From: an uncultured Solirubrobacteraceae bacterium
GTDB lineage: Bacteria; Actinomycetota; Thermoleophilia; Solirubrobacterales; Solirubrobacteraceae
Direction: 5' to 3'
DNA: 37,111 bases
Assembly: GCA_964657875.1 (NCBI GenBank)
Contig: CAZZWJ010000001.1
Span: forward strand, 1-37,111
The notes under the pieces are model-generated. The model did not search any database, was not told the DNA's origin, and saw only the letters and a program-made list of their open reading frames with translations. Below are positions 27,170 to 36,747 of the stretch, piece after piece; the stretch's first letter is position 1; every line of letters begins with the position of its first letter. Both the position numbers and the translations under genes were made by a program.

Positions 27170-30061
27170 TCAGCCGTCTCCTGGGGGATTGGGCCGACAC
27201 GCCCAGCTGATCGGGCAGCTCGCGGTCCCGCGACCGGAGGTGCCCGCACGAGCGCCCGTTGATCTGGCGACGTGGAAGACGTTGGGGTCAACCCGCAGCA
27301 TCTGGCGCACGACCGCCGCGCGATCGACTTCGTCAGGCGACGCGTTGGGGCCGGCCGGCGGGGCGGGATCCTTGGCGCCGTGCACCGACGCCCAGAGGAC
27401 CTGGTCGGAGATCGCCTGGGGAACGCTGTCGAGGTGACTCCAGGGCAGCTCATCGGAAAGCTTGGCGTCGGGAGAGGTCGCCGTGTTCTTGGCCGTCAGC
27501 GGGTAGGCCGGCATCCGGACGGTATACGGCGCGTCGTCGGGCCTCTGCTTGCCGCTGACGAACGCGTCGTACATCGGGGTGGCCATCGCGTCGTTGAGCG
27601 AGAGCGGATCGAGCCCGAGGATCAGCTCCATCGTGCGCAGCGTCGAGTACTGGTCATACCGAGTGGGGATCACCGCTCCATGCCGGGCCCAGGGACTGAT
27701 CACGAGCGCCGGGGAGCGGTGGGAATCGACGTGGTCGGCTCCATCCTGGGAGTCGTCCTCTTCGACGAAGATCGCGGTGTGGCGCCAGATCGCGGAGTGT
27801 GAGATGGCATCGACGATCTGCCCGAGGGCGAGGTCGTTATCGGCGATGAACGCCTGGGGTGTCGGGTCACCGGTCGTGGTCCCGTTCGTATGATCGTTGG
27901 GGAGGATCATGTAGTTGAACCGGGGAACCGTGTGGGTTGCCAGCTGGGTCTGGAACTCGCGGTACCAGTCGTCGAAACGGCTCCGCGGGGCGAACGCGGT
28001 GCCCGTACCCGCATAGGTCCCGGAGTCCTGGGTGCAGGACGCCGGAACGGCGGCCGCACTCGTGCACCCGATGAACAGGTTGTTCGGATACGTGGGGTCG
28101 ACCCCGGCCTCGACCGCGGCGAGCTGAGGCCGGTTGGGCGCCTTGCCGGTGGAGAGGGTGCCGATCGCCTCGCCGTAGTCACGGAAGCTGACGTGCTGCT
28201 TGGCTGCCTGGTCGAAGATGAAGAAGTTGGGCGGGAAGGTCACCGGGTACAGCCCGAAGTCATACGTCGCCCGGCGGTTTGAGTAGTTGGCCGCGGTCGC
28301 CTTCTGGACGTAGTCGTTGGCGTCGCCGCTGGTGGTGATGATGTGGCCGTCGACCGACACCTCGGAGTCCTCATAGAAATGGTCGAGCAGCGGGAACCGG
28401 CGACTCAGCGCGTGGGCGTTGGGAGTGATTCCACCGGTGGGCCCGCTCACGCCGTTGTCGCCGAACAGTTCGAGCTGGGCGTCACCGTCGCCGCGCGGAT
28501 CGGAGCCGAAGACCTGGTCGTAGGTGCGGTTCTCACGGACGATGTAGAACACGTGCGTGATATCGGTGCTCGGGTGGCCCGTCCTGGCGGGAATCGGGCT
28601 CCCGACCGGCTGGCTCTCCGGGTTGGAGGGCTTGGCCTGGGCGTTGGCCGCTCTCGTGTCGGCGACCACCTGACGGTCGGTCGGGATCGGCAGCGTGCCG
28701 ACGCGTCCGATCAACAGATCCAGCACGTAGGTGCCGTAGGTGTTGGGAGGCGTCTGCCGGGGCGTCTTGGCGCCTCCGAAGTAGTACCTGGGGTTGGGTC
28801 CGGAGCCGAGGCCCTTACCGGCGATCCAGATGAGCCGGCCCTCAGGCGTCGTCTGCACGCTGTCGGGGTAGGCGGCGGTCGGGATGCGGCCGATCAGCCG
28901 GTAGGCGGGTAGACCGGGGATCGTCTGCTGGGCGCGAGAGCGCCGGCGATGACGCGGCGTCGCCTTCGTCGTCGCCGGCCGAGGCGACAGCGAGATCGCC
29001 GCGATCGCGTCCTCTCCGGCGTCAGAGGCGTACAGGGTCGTCCCGTCGGGGGAGATCGCCAGGTTCGTCGGCGAGGTCCCCAACGCCGGCTTGCGGGCGA
29101 CCGACACGAGGTGACGAACTCTCCGTGACCTCGTGTCGACGACCGCGATCAGATCGCGGTCGGCGACCGCGACGTAGAGCAGTGGGCGCTTGGGGTCGGC
29201 GACCATTCCCTCGGGGTGGCTGGCCAGATCCCCCCGACGGCCGCCGAGGCCCGTGATCGTGTCCGTCACCTTGGCGGCCCGGGGATCGATGACCGACAGC
29301 GTGCCGTCATATTCGTTGGAGACATAGGCCCGACCCTGGGGGTCGAACGCCACGCCCTCGGGATAGCGCCCCACCGGTACAACCGTCTGGCCAAGCGTTC
29401 TCAGGTCGACGACCACGGCGTCGTCAGCGGCATTGAGGGCGACGACGAGGTATCGCCCGTCGGGGGACACGGCGAGCCCCTCGGGCTGTGCGGTGCCGAC
29501 TCCCGAGACGGACGGGAGGGAGTCGATCCGTCCGCTGCCCCCGGTCGTCGGAGGCAGCACGAGCGGCGTGTGCTCCACCCCCAGACCCGTCCTCGGGTTG
29601 ACCGTGAACATGTGGATGACGTCACCCTGGTCGCCCAGCGTCGGCCCCTCGGTCGGCGAGCTGCCCAGGGGCGTGCCGCTCACGTAGGCGTGCTGCCCGC
29701 CGGGCGCGAACGCAACGCCGCCGTAGCAACCGGGGAGCGGCAACGTCTGGACGATCTTCCCGCTGGCCACCTTGATGACCTTGATGTCGTCCTTGCCGTG
29801 ACCACAGTCAGCCACCCAGATGAAGTGACCCCCGGGGACGACGGCGCTCCCGGTGGGAAAGTCTCCGACGGTGGTCAGGCGCCCGGCGGGGTGGAGCAGG
29901 TGGCCGTTCGCGGTGAGATGCCGGGCCGGGCCGATCCGACCTGTCTTCACGCTCTGAGCGATCGCAACCCCGGACAGGGCCAGGAGCGCGAGCGAGGCAA
30001 ACGCGAGCAGCACGATGTGGGGTGTGCTGATTCGTCGGGGGTGAGCGCGCCGTTGAGACAA
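27170..30061 (-). CDS. Secreted YncE/YVTN beta-propeller plus phosphoesterase (alkaline phosphatase-like) fusion
   Basis: Signal peptide ending VAIA; repeats PEGLAVSPDG, VGRYPEGV, LAISPDG; HVFYIVRENRTYDQVFG, PNDHT, EDDSQDGADHVDSHRS; TTG start uncertain. Confidence 0.88.
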   Translation of the reverse strand: MSQRRAHPRRISTPHIVLLAFASLALLALSGVAIAQSVKTGRIGPARHLTANGHLLHPAGRLTTVGDFPTGSAVVPGGHFIWVADCGHGKDDIKVIKVASGKIVQTLPLPGCYGGVAFAPGGQHAYVSGTPLGSSPTEGPTLGDQGDVIHMFTVNPRTGLGVEHTPLVLPPTTGGSGRIDSLPSVSGVGTAQPEGLAVSPDGRYLVVALNAADDAVVVDLRTLGQTVVPVGRYPEGVAFDPQGRAYVSNEYDGTLSVIDPRAAKVTDTITGLGGRRGDLASHPEGMVADPKRPLLYVAVADRDLIAVVDTRSRRVRHLVSVARKPALGTSPTNLAISPDGTTLYASDAGEDAIAAISLSPRPATTKATPRHRRRSRAQQTIPGLPAYRLIGRIPTAAYPDSVQTTPEGRLIWIAGKGLGSGPNPRYYFGGAKTPRQTPPNTYGTYVLDLLIGRVGTLPIPTDRQVVADTRAANAQAKPSNPESQPVGSPIPARTGHPSTDITHVFYIVRENRTYDQVFGSDPRGDGDAQLELFGDNGVSGPTGGITPNAHALSRRFPLLDHFYEDSEVSVDGHIITTSGDANDYVQKATAANYSNRRATYDFGLYPVTFPPNFFIFDQAAKQHVSFRDYGEAIGTLSTGKAPNRPQLAAVEAGVDPTYPNNLFIGCTSAAAVPASCTQDSGTYAGTGTAFAPRSRFDDWYREFQTQLATHTVPRFNYMILPNDHTNGTTTGDPTPQAFIADNDLALGQIVDAISHSAIWRHTAIFVEEDDSQDGADHVDSHRSPALVISPWARHGAVIPTRYDQYSTLRTMELILGLDPLSLNDAMATPMYDAFVSGKQRPDDAPYTVRMPAYPLTAKNTATSPDAKLSDELPWSHLDSVPQAISDQVLWASVHGAKDPAPPAGPNASPDEVDRAAVVRQMLRVDPNVFHVARSTGARAGTSGRGTASCPISWACRPNPPGDG

Positions 30062-30206
30062 AGTGAAGAGTCATATAAGCGCCCGATCCTCATGCTGGTG
30101 GGTTCATCCGGTGAACGCGGGGTCGCCGAGTTGTGGTCTCGGCGTCCTCCAGCCGGGGGTCATCCTGACTGCGCGTTGCCGGGCAGAGCCTTACCGTGGA
30201 GGTGAG

Positions 30207-31841
30207 ATGACGACGTTTTCCGATCTCGGGCTCCGCGACGAGTTGCTGCAATCGCTGACGGAGCTCGGCTACGAAGAGCCCACCCCGATCCAGGCGGAGA
30301 CGATCCCGCCGCTGATCCTCGGGGGGGACCTGCTCGGGCAAGCGGCGACCGGCACCGGCAAGACGGCGGCGTTCGCGCTGCCGCTGCTGCAGCGCGTCAA
30401 GCTCGGCGGGTCTCGACCGCGTGCGCTCGTGCTCGTGCCGACGCGTGAGCTGGCGACCCAGGTCTCCGAGGCCATCCACAAGTACGGACGGCACCTCGAC
30501 GCCCGCGTCCTGCCGATCTACGGCGGCGCCCCGATCGGCCGCCAGATCAAATCGCTGGAGCGGGGCGTCGACGTCGTCGTCGCGACGCCCGGGCGGGCGA
30601 TCGACCATCTCACGCGCCGGACGCTCAAGCTCCAGGACGTCGAGGTCGTCGTTCTCGATGAGGCGGACGAGATGCTCGACATGGGTTTTGCCGAGGACAT
30701 CGAGACGATTCTCGACCGGACGCCCCCGACGCGCCAGACCGTCCTGTTCAGCGCGACGATGCCACCGCGCATCAAGCGGATCGTCGCCAAGCAACTGACC
30801 AACCCGACGACGATCAGCGTCGGCCTGCGGGACGCCGAGCCGGGGGAATCGCCGCAGATCCGCCAGATCGCGTACGTGGTCAACCGGGCCCATCGGACCG
30901 CGGCGCTCGGCCGCATCCTCGATGTCGAGCAGCCCGGTCAGGCCCTCGTCTTCTGCCGGACCCGTTCCGACGTCGACCAGCTCGCCGAGACCCTCAATGG
31001 CCGTGGCTACCGCGCCGAGGCGCTGCACGGCGGACTCAGTCAGGATCAGCGCACCCGGGTGCTCGGTCGGCTGAGGTCAGGGACCGCCGACCTGCTCATC
31101 GCCACCGACGTCGCCGCTCGCGGCCTCGACATCGATTCACTCACCCACGTCGTCAACTTCGACGTGCCCTCCGCCGCCGAGGCCTACGTCCACCGGATCG
31201 GGCGCGTCGGCCGGGCCGGCCGTCAGGGCGTCGCGATCACGTTGGCCCAGCCGCGCGAGCACCGGATGCTGAAGACGATCGAGCGCCTCACCAAGCAGCC
31301 GATCGAGATCGCGACCGTCCCGACCGTCGCCGATCTGAAGGCGCGTCGGCTCGAGCTCACCCGCGCCGCGCTGCACGAGTCGCTGCTGCAGGACGATCTC
31401 GAGCCGTTTCGCGTCGTTCTCGACACCCTCTCAGACGAGTTCGACGTGCTGAACGTGGCGCTGGCCGCGATCAAGCTCGCCCACGAGACGACGTCCGGTG
31501 GCGACGAGGATGCCGAACGGGACATCCCGCAGATGAGCCTGCAACCGGACAAGCCCGCCAACGGCCCCCGGCGTCCCCGTCGCACCAGCGCCGGCGAGAC
31601 GGCGCGGATCTACATCGGCGTGGGCCGCGCCGCGCAGGTCCGCCCCCAGGACCTCGTCGGGGCGATCACCGGCGAGACGAAGCTCCCGGGTCGTGAGATC
31701 GGGACGATCGAGATCGCCGACCGCTTCAGCCTCGTCGAGGTCCCCCTCGACCGCGCCGACGAGGTCATCCAGGGCCTGAGGAAGACCCGGTTGAAGGGTC
31801 GCAAGGCCACCGTTCGTCGCGAGAAGTTCGACCCGCGATGA
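30207..31841 (+). CDS. deaD: DEAD-box RNA helicase DeaD/CsdA-type with C-terminal DbpA RNA-binding domain
   Basis: Q motif, ATGTGKT, PTRELA, TPGR, DEAD, SAT, ARGLD, HRIGRVGR, C-terminal VRPQDLVGAI; GGAGGTG RBS. Confidence 0.93.
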   Translation: MTTFSDLGLRDELLQSLTELGYEEPTPIQAETIPPLILGGDLLGQAATGTGKTAAFALPLLQRVKLGGSRPRALVLVPTRELATQVSEAIHKYGRHLDARVLPIYGGAPIGRQIKSLERGVDVVVATPGRAIDHLTRRTLKLQDVEVVVLDEADEMLDMGFAEDIETILDRTPPTRQTVLFSATMPPRIKRIVAKQLTNPTTISVGLRDAEPGESPQIRQIAYVVNRAHRTAALGRILDVEQPGQALVFCRTRSDVDQLAETLNGRGYRAEALHGGLSQDQRTRVLGRLRSGTADLLIATDVAARGLDIDSLTHVVNFDVPSAAEAYVHRIGRVGRAGRQGVAITLAQPREHRMLKTIERLTKQPIEIATVPTVADLKARRLELTRAALHESLLQDDLEPFRVVLDTLSDEFDVLNVALAAIKLAHETTSGGDEDAERDIPQMSLQPDKPANGPRRPRRTSAGETARIYIGVGRAAQVRPQDLVGAITGETKLPGREIGTIEIADRFSLVEVPLDRADEVIQGLRKTRLKGRKATVRREKFDPR

Positions 31842-31898
31842 CCGGCCGACTCGTACCCCGACCCGCGTATACGCCGCGGTCGCGCCGCCGGCCCGATC

Positions 31899-31932
31899 TG
31901 ACCCGACTCTCGCGCGCCGAGGTCGGGGGTCG
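31899..31932. terminator. Imperfect hairpin between convergent deaD and enoyl-CoA hydratase genes
   Basis: GACCCGAC(T)CTCG-CGCGC-CGAGGTCGGG(G)GTC. Confidence 0.5.
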
Positions 31933-31934
31933 GT

Positions 31935-32789
31935 CTACTTAAACGCCGGCGCGGGCCAGTCAGCCATCACGTCCGGCAGCCCGACGCTGACCCGGTCGGG
32001 GAAGGCCGCCGGTCGCTTCTCCAGAAACGCCGAGATCCCCTCCGCGGCATCGTCGGATCGGCCGCGATGGAGCATGCCGCGTGAGTCGGCGCGGTGGGCG
32101 ATCATCGGGTGCTCGGCCCCGAGCATCCGCCACATCATCCGTCGGGCGAGCGCCACCGATACCGGCGCGGCGTTCTCGACGATCTCCCTCGCGATGCCCC
32201 GGGCGGCCGCCAGCAGTTCGTCCTGGGGGTGAACACTGCGGATCAGGCCCGCCTGCAGCGCCTCCTCGGCGCCGAACACCCGGCCGGTCGCGACCCACTC
32301 CATCGCCTGGCTGATGCCGACCAGCCGCGGCAGAAACCAGCTCGAGCACGCCTCCGGGACGATGCCCCGTCGGGCGAAGACGAACCCCAGCCGTGCCTCG
32401 TCGCTCGCCAGCCGGATGTCCATCGGCAAGGTCATCGTCGCCCCGACCCCGACGGCCGGCCCGTTGATCGCCGCGATCACCGGCTTGGTGCAGTCGAACA
32501 CGCGAAGCGTGAACTGCCCCCCGCCGTCGCGCGGAACGGCATCCGACGAGCCTCGTTCACCCCGGTCGAACGTCGCCCCGCCCGCGGCGAGATCGGCACC
32601 GGCGCAGAACCCCCGGCCGGCACCCGTGACGATCACCACGCGCACCTCGTCGTTGCCGTCAGCCTCGTCGAACGCCGCGATCAGCTCCCGCTGCATCGTC
32701 GGAGTCCAGGCGTTGAGTCGCTCCGGCCGATTCAACGTGATCGTCAACACGCCGTCAGCGAGTTCGGTGATGATCTGCTCGTAGCTCAT
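31935..32789 (-). CDS. Enoyl-CoA hydratase/isomerase (crotonase family)
   Basis: ITLNRPERLNA, FCAGADL, KPVIAAINGPAVGVG, GIVPE, AFLEKR; GAGGAG RBS. Confidence 0.94.
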   Translation of the reverse strand: MSYEQIITELADGVLTITLNRPERLNAWTPTMQRELIAAFDEADGNDEVRVVIVTGAGRGFCAGADLAAGGATFDRGERGSSDAVPRDGGGQFTLRVFDCTKPVIAAINGPAVGVGATMTLPMDIRLASDEARLGFVFARRGIVPEACSSWFLPRLVGISQAMEWVATGRVFGAEEALQAGLIRSVHPQDELLAAARGIAREIVENAAPVSVALARRMMWRMLGAEHPMIAHRADSRGMLHRGRSDDAAEGISAFLEKRPAAFPDRVSVGLPDVMADWPAPAFK

Positions 32790-32876
32790 CCTGCTCCTCT
32801 CCGGGATCTGCAGCGATCCTACGTCCCTGGATGCATCGCGCTCCGAACCTGACGGGCCATCCGTGACCGGGGCACC

Positions 32877-32905
32877 CAGACCGGGGGCGCGGAGCCCCCG
32901 GTCTG
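32877..32905 (-). terminator. Perfect 12-bp hairpin downstream of the DUF305 gene
   Basis: CAGACCGGGGGC-GCGGA-GCCCCCGGTCTG. Confidence 0.65.
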
Positions 32906-32923
32906 AGCCCGATCGCTCCGGTT

Positions 32924-33553
32924 CTATGCCCGAGGGACGCCTCCGGCGGGGGAGGTGCTCCCGTACCACCGGGCCCGCCAGCGGTTCATCTCGCCGATCT
33001 CCCGGTCCTGCGCGTCGATGATCCGATGCGCCAGCGCGCGCAGCTTCGGGTTCTCGCCCTTCGCGAGCTCGGCCTGCGCCATCCGGACCGCTCCCTGGTG
33101 GTGGGGGATCATCATGTCGATGAACGCGCGGTCAAACGGCCGCATGTGGGGCAGCGAGGTCATGCTCATCGACATCCCCATCTGGTCGACGGGGAGCCCG
33201 AGGCTCTGCGCGTCGCTCGTCATCCCCGCGTTCATCTGCCCACCTGCCGGCATCGCCGCGGGCGTCACGCCCAAGGTGCGGGCGATCGGTGTCATCTGCG
33301 CGATCTCCGCATCCTGGGCGCGGATGATGCTCGCCGCGAGCGTCCTGATCTGCGGGTGACCACCCTGCCGCTGGGCGACCTTCGCCATCTGCACCGCCAT
33401 CATGTGATGCGGGATCATCTGCTGCACGAAGGCGCGGTCGGCACGGTTCGCCGTCGAACCGGTGTGGCTCGAGCTGCCGCAGCCGGCGATGACCGCTCCG
33501 GGAAGGAGCAGCGCGGCCAGGACAGCCATCGATCTGACGTGTCGATTTCTCAT
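32924..33553 (-). CDS. DUF305 (CopM-like) ferritin-like lipoprotein
   Basis: Lipobox IAGC; two repeats of DRAFxxxMIPHH...AxxIIxAQxxEI; Met-rich linker; AAGGAG RBS. Confidence 0.9.
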   Translation of the reverse strand: MRNRHVRSMAVLAALLLPGAVIAGCGSSSHTGSTANRADRAFVQQMIPHHMMAVQMAKVAQRQGGHPQIRTLAASIIRAQDAEIAQMTPIARTLGVTPAAMPAGGQMNAGMTSDAQSLGLPVDQMGMSMSMTSLPHMRPFDRAFIDMMIPHHQGAVRMAQAELAKGENPKLRALAHRIIDAQDREIGEMNRWRARWYGSTSPAGGVPRA

Positions 33554-33646
33554 CTCGACGATCTCCTTGTCTTGCGTCTGGTGCACTCGCGCGGACGCGA
33601 GCACGGGGCCCGGGACCGCGACGCTCCACGCGTCGCGGGGGAACCG

Positions 33647-33979
33647 TCACAGCCGCAGAACGCCCAGGCGGAGAAACCGCGGTCCGGCCCGAGCCGGGAT
33701 CGACCAGCGACGAGCCACCGGTCGACACCGGGGAACCCGGAAGCCGACCGGCCGCGGCGGATGAGTCCGCGCGGCCCGACGGACCACCGCTGCCGCCGCG
33801 AGCAGCAGCGCGCCGGCGGCGAGCACCGCCAGGCACACCGAGTGGCCCGGCATCGCGTGCATGTCCATCGGCATCGCGTGGTGCACCACCACCGCGCCGC
33901 CCAGGCCGAGCAGGATGAGCATCAGCGCCGAGCGCCGACGCGCGCCACGCATCGCCCGGTGGACCGAAATGAGGCTCAT
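33647..33979 (-). CDS. Small two-TM His/Met-rich protein (DUF6153/DUF2946-like) with C-terminal RAGP
   Basis: AGGAAAGG RBS; TM - HHAMPMDMHAMPGH - C - TM - Pro/Arg linker - ARAGP - LGVLRL; directly upstream of DUF305. Confidence 0.75.
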   Translation of the reverse strand: MSLISVHRAMRGARRRSALMLILLGLGGAVVVHHAMPMDMHAMPGHSVCLAVLAAGALLLAAAAVVRRAARTHPPRPVGFRVPRCRPVARRWSIPARAGPRFLRLGVLRL

Positions 33980-34004
33980 AGACCTTTCCTACGCTACCCG
34001 AGCG

Positions 34005-34048
34005 CCGACGGTTGAGCCGCACGTGGGCACCGACGGTTGAGCCGCACG
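34005..34048. repeat. Exact 19-bp direct repeat, two copies, 25-bp period
   Basis: CCGACGGTTGAGCCGCACG at 34005-34023 and 34030-34048. Confidence 0.9.
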
Positions 34049-34152
34049 CCGTCGACGCCGGCAACCCCGAGCGGCGACGAGCGCGACGGAAGGGGTTGCG
34101 TCTCTTCAGATGGCAGCGGTGACGGCGAACCCCGCGCCGGTGGCGAGGCCGA

Positions 34153-36018
34153 TCACCACCCCCGCTGGCGCTTGAGCACCCGGAAGAGCTCCTCGTAGGG
34201 TCCGGCGAGGTAGGCGTCGTCACCCGCCGCGAGCCGCGTGCCGCGGCGGGGTGGGTGCTCGAGCGTGTCGCTGCCGTCGGGGGAGACGCCCCGTCCGATC
34301 GCGATCACCCGGAGGTTCGCCCCCAGCTCGGCCATCGCCAGCCCGTCGAGGCCGCCGCCCTCGGCGACGTGCAGGCGCGCGAGCAGGAACGGGTGGCTGC
34401 CGACGTAGAAGCTGAACAGCACCTCCATGCCGAGCGCGGCCCCGGCGAACCACGGCGCCGCGATCGCCAGGGTCGACCACACGTGGCGAAACGCGAAGCT
34501 GCCCTCCAGGTGGTGGCCGAGCTCGCGCTCGAACACCCGCAGCACGACCGGGGTCTGCTCCCAGCGGGTCCCGAGGCGATCGCGAACGGCAAGCCCGGTC
34601 TCGATGTTCGTCATGTCGTCAGAGGTGACGATCGCGACCGCGGCGGCGGCCGACAGGTTCACGGTGTCGAGCGTCTGCGCCATCGTGGCGTCGCCGAGGA
34701 TCAACGGCACGCCGCGCGCGCGGACCTGGTTGAGGTAGGGATTGCCCTCGTCTCGCTCGACGACGACGACCTCGCGGCCGCGGGCGAGCAGCCCCTCGAG
34801 CACCTTCATGCCGACCGCGCCGAGACCGACCATCACGACGTGGCCGCGCATTCCCGGGATCTGGGCCTGCCCGAGGGACTGGGCGATGCGCCGGGAGACG
34901 AGGACGTTGGTGAGCAGCGCGAAGATCGTCGTCACCAGCGTGGTGCCCGCGATGATGAGGAGGATCCCGAAGATCTCCATGTACGTGGCCTGGCCGGAGT
35001 ACGAGTAGTCCCCGAACCCGACGGTGGCGATCGTCTCGACGGTGAAGTAGACGGACTTGACCAGCCCGAGGTGGGAGTAGCGCACGGCCCCGGACGGCGT
35101 CGTCCCCACGGCGTTGCGGTAGCCGAAGTGGAGGATGAGCGTCGAGATCACGAGCAGCGCGACCCCGAGCCCGAGTGCGATGCGCATCGAACGGTCGGCG
35201 TCGCTCGTCAACTGGGCGTAGAACCGACGCAGCTTCGCGAGCAGGCGCACCCCCGTCTGCTGCATCTCCGCGCCGGCGCTCAGCCGGGCCGCGAACCCCT
35301 GCGCGTGGACCTCCTCCCGCGTTCCCAGCAGGGTGACCCGATCGCCCTCGGCGACGCGGTGGTCACGGCCCGGGCACACGACCGGGCCCAGACGTGAGTC
35401 GCTGACGACCCCCAGCGGCACGAGGCTCCCGTAGAGCCCGCGCAGCGTGTCGCCGCGGTCGGCCGTCACCTCGACGGTGACGAAGTGCGTGGAGCCGATG
35501 CGGATGTCATGCGCCCGGCGCTTGACGCACGCCTCGATCACCGCCGGCGCGAACAGCGACGCGACGTCGATCACGGTCGCCTGACCGGTGATCTCCTCAA
35601 CCGCCCGCGCCACCGCGGGGTTGTCGAGCTGCGCCACCACGCGCACGTCGGGCCGCAGTCCGTGCACCATCAGGACCGTCTCGAGCGTTCTCAGGTCGCT
35701 CGCCTCGATGCAGATGACCGACTCGGCGCCGGCGATGCCCGCATCGAGAAGCGCATCGTCGGTCCGCGAGCCGCGGGGGATCACCGGGACCTCGAGATGG
35801 TTCAGTGCCCGCAGATGGCGCTCGCGGCTGCCCTCGTCGTCGATCACGACGACGCGCGCGCCGGCGGCGATCAGCTGCTCGATGGTCCGTACCCCGACGG
35901 CCTGCAGGCCGCAGACGATCACGTGGCCGGTCCACCCGCGGCAGCCGACCTCAGCGGCGGCGACGCTCTGTGTCGCCGATGGTTCCACGTCGGACAGCTG
36001 CGGGATCGTCTCCGACAT
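34153..36018 (-). CDS. Potassium channel family protein with TrkA/RCK domains on both sides of a 2-TM pore
   Basis: HVIVCGLQAVG and HVVMVGLGAVG Rossmann motifs; pore YFTVETIATVGFGD. Confidence 0.9.
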   Translation of the reverse strand: MSETIPQLSDVEPSATQSVAAAEVGCRGWTGHVIVCGLQAVGVRTIEQLIAAGARVVVIDDEGSRERHLRALNHLEVPVIPRGSRTDDALLDAGIAGAESVICIEASDLRTLETVLMVHGLRPDVRVVAQLDNPAVARAVEEITGQATVIDVASLFAPAVIEACVKRRAHDIRIGSTHFVTVEVTADRGDTLRGLYGSLVPLGVVSDSRLGPVVCPGRDHRVAEGDRVTLLGTREEVHAQGFAARLSAGAEMQQTGVRLLAKLRRFYAQLTSDADRSMRIALGLGVALLVISTLILHFGYRNAVGTTPSGAVRYSHLGLVKSVYFTVETIATVGFGDYSYSGQATYMEIFGILLIIAGTTLVTTIFALLTNVLVSRRIAQSLGQAQIPGMRGHVVMVGLGAVGMKVLEGLLARGREVVVVERDEGNPYLNQVRARGVPLILGDATMAQTLDTVNLSAAAAVAIVTSDDMTNIETGLAVRDRLGTRWEQTPVVLRVFERELGHHLEGSFAFRHVWSTLAIAAPWFAGAALGMEVLFSFYVGSHPFLLARLHVAEGGGLDGLAMAELGANLRVIAIGRGVSPDGSDTLEHPPRRGTRLAAGDDAYLAGPYEELFRVLKRQRGW

Positions 36019-36085
36019 GACCGCGATCCTCCCGAGCGCGGTGGCGGCGTTCTATGGCCGAGTGGCCCAGTCGCCCGGGGGGCGA

Positions 36086-36535
36086 CTATCCCGTTGCGGT
36101 CGGCTCCCGCACGGCGACCTGTCCGACGGGCGCGGGGGCAAGCGTGCGGATGAGCAGGTACAGCATCGCCAGCAGCAGGGCGGGAGCGAGCGTCAGGCTG
36201 GGGATCACGTCGCCATGCTCGATCCCGGAGGCGACGATGGCGACGATCATCGTGATCGAGAGCAGCGCGGCGGTCGGCACCACCCAACGGCATCGCGCGA
36301 GCGCCACGCCGCCCAGGGTCTCCAGGACGCCGGCGAAGATCTCGAGCTCGGAGGGGAAGGGGAGACCGAAGTCCTGAAATGCGTGCAGCTCCCAGTGGTG
36401 AAAGACGAACTTGACGAGGCCGGCGAAGATGAAGATCACGCCGCTCGCCACCGCGACGCGGGTGAGCGTGCGATCGCGCCGGACGCGGCCGTCGGGCGCG
36501 GCGATCAGCGTGCGGATGAGGGTGGCGCGGTTCAT
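36086..36535 (-). CDS. DoxX-family membrane protein
   Basis: RVAVASGVIFIFAGLVKF, FxxFGLPFP, GVLETLGG, four hydrophobic segments. Confidence 0.85.
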   Translation of the reverse strand: MNRATLIRTLIAAPDGRVRRDRTLTRVAVASGVIFIFAGLVKFVFHHWELHAFQDFGLPFPSELEIFAGVLETLGGVALARCRWVVPTAALLSITMIVAIVASGIEHGDVIPSLTLAPALLLAMLYLLIRTLAPAPVGQVAVREPTATG

Positions 36536-36747
36536 ACTGCGACCATGTCCCCACCGGCGGCGGGCATCAGCGTGGGCATCGCGGTCATGGTCGCACAGGT
36601 CCGTGCCGGTGGCGCCGAGGTGGCGGCTGCGCGGGGAGGCCGGGCCGGCCGGCGGTTCACAAGATCATCACCGCGAACGCCCCGCGTCCCTTCATCGTTG
36701 CGCCTGCTCAGACGGAAAGCGATCGACGCGTCACCCAAGGGAGCAGC

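Noticed and set aside
34005-34048. Possible CRISPR mini-array
   Set aside because: Only two 19-bp copies with a 6-bp spacer, and no cas genes
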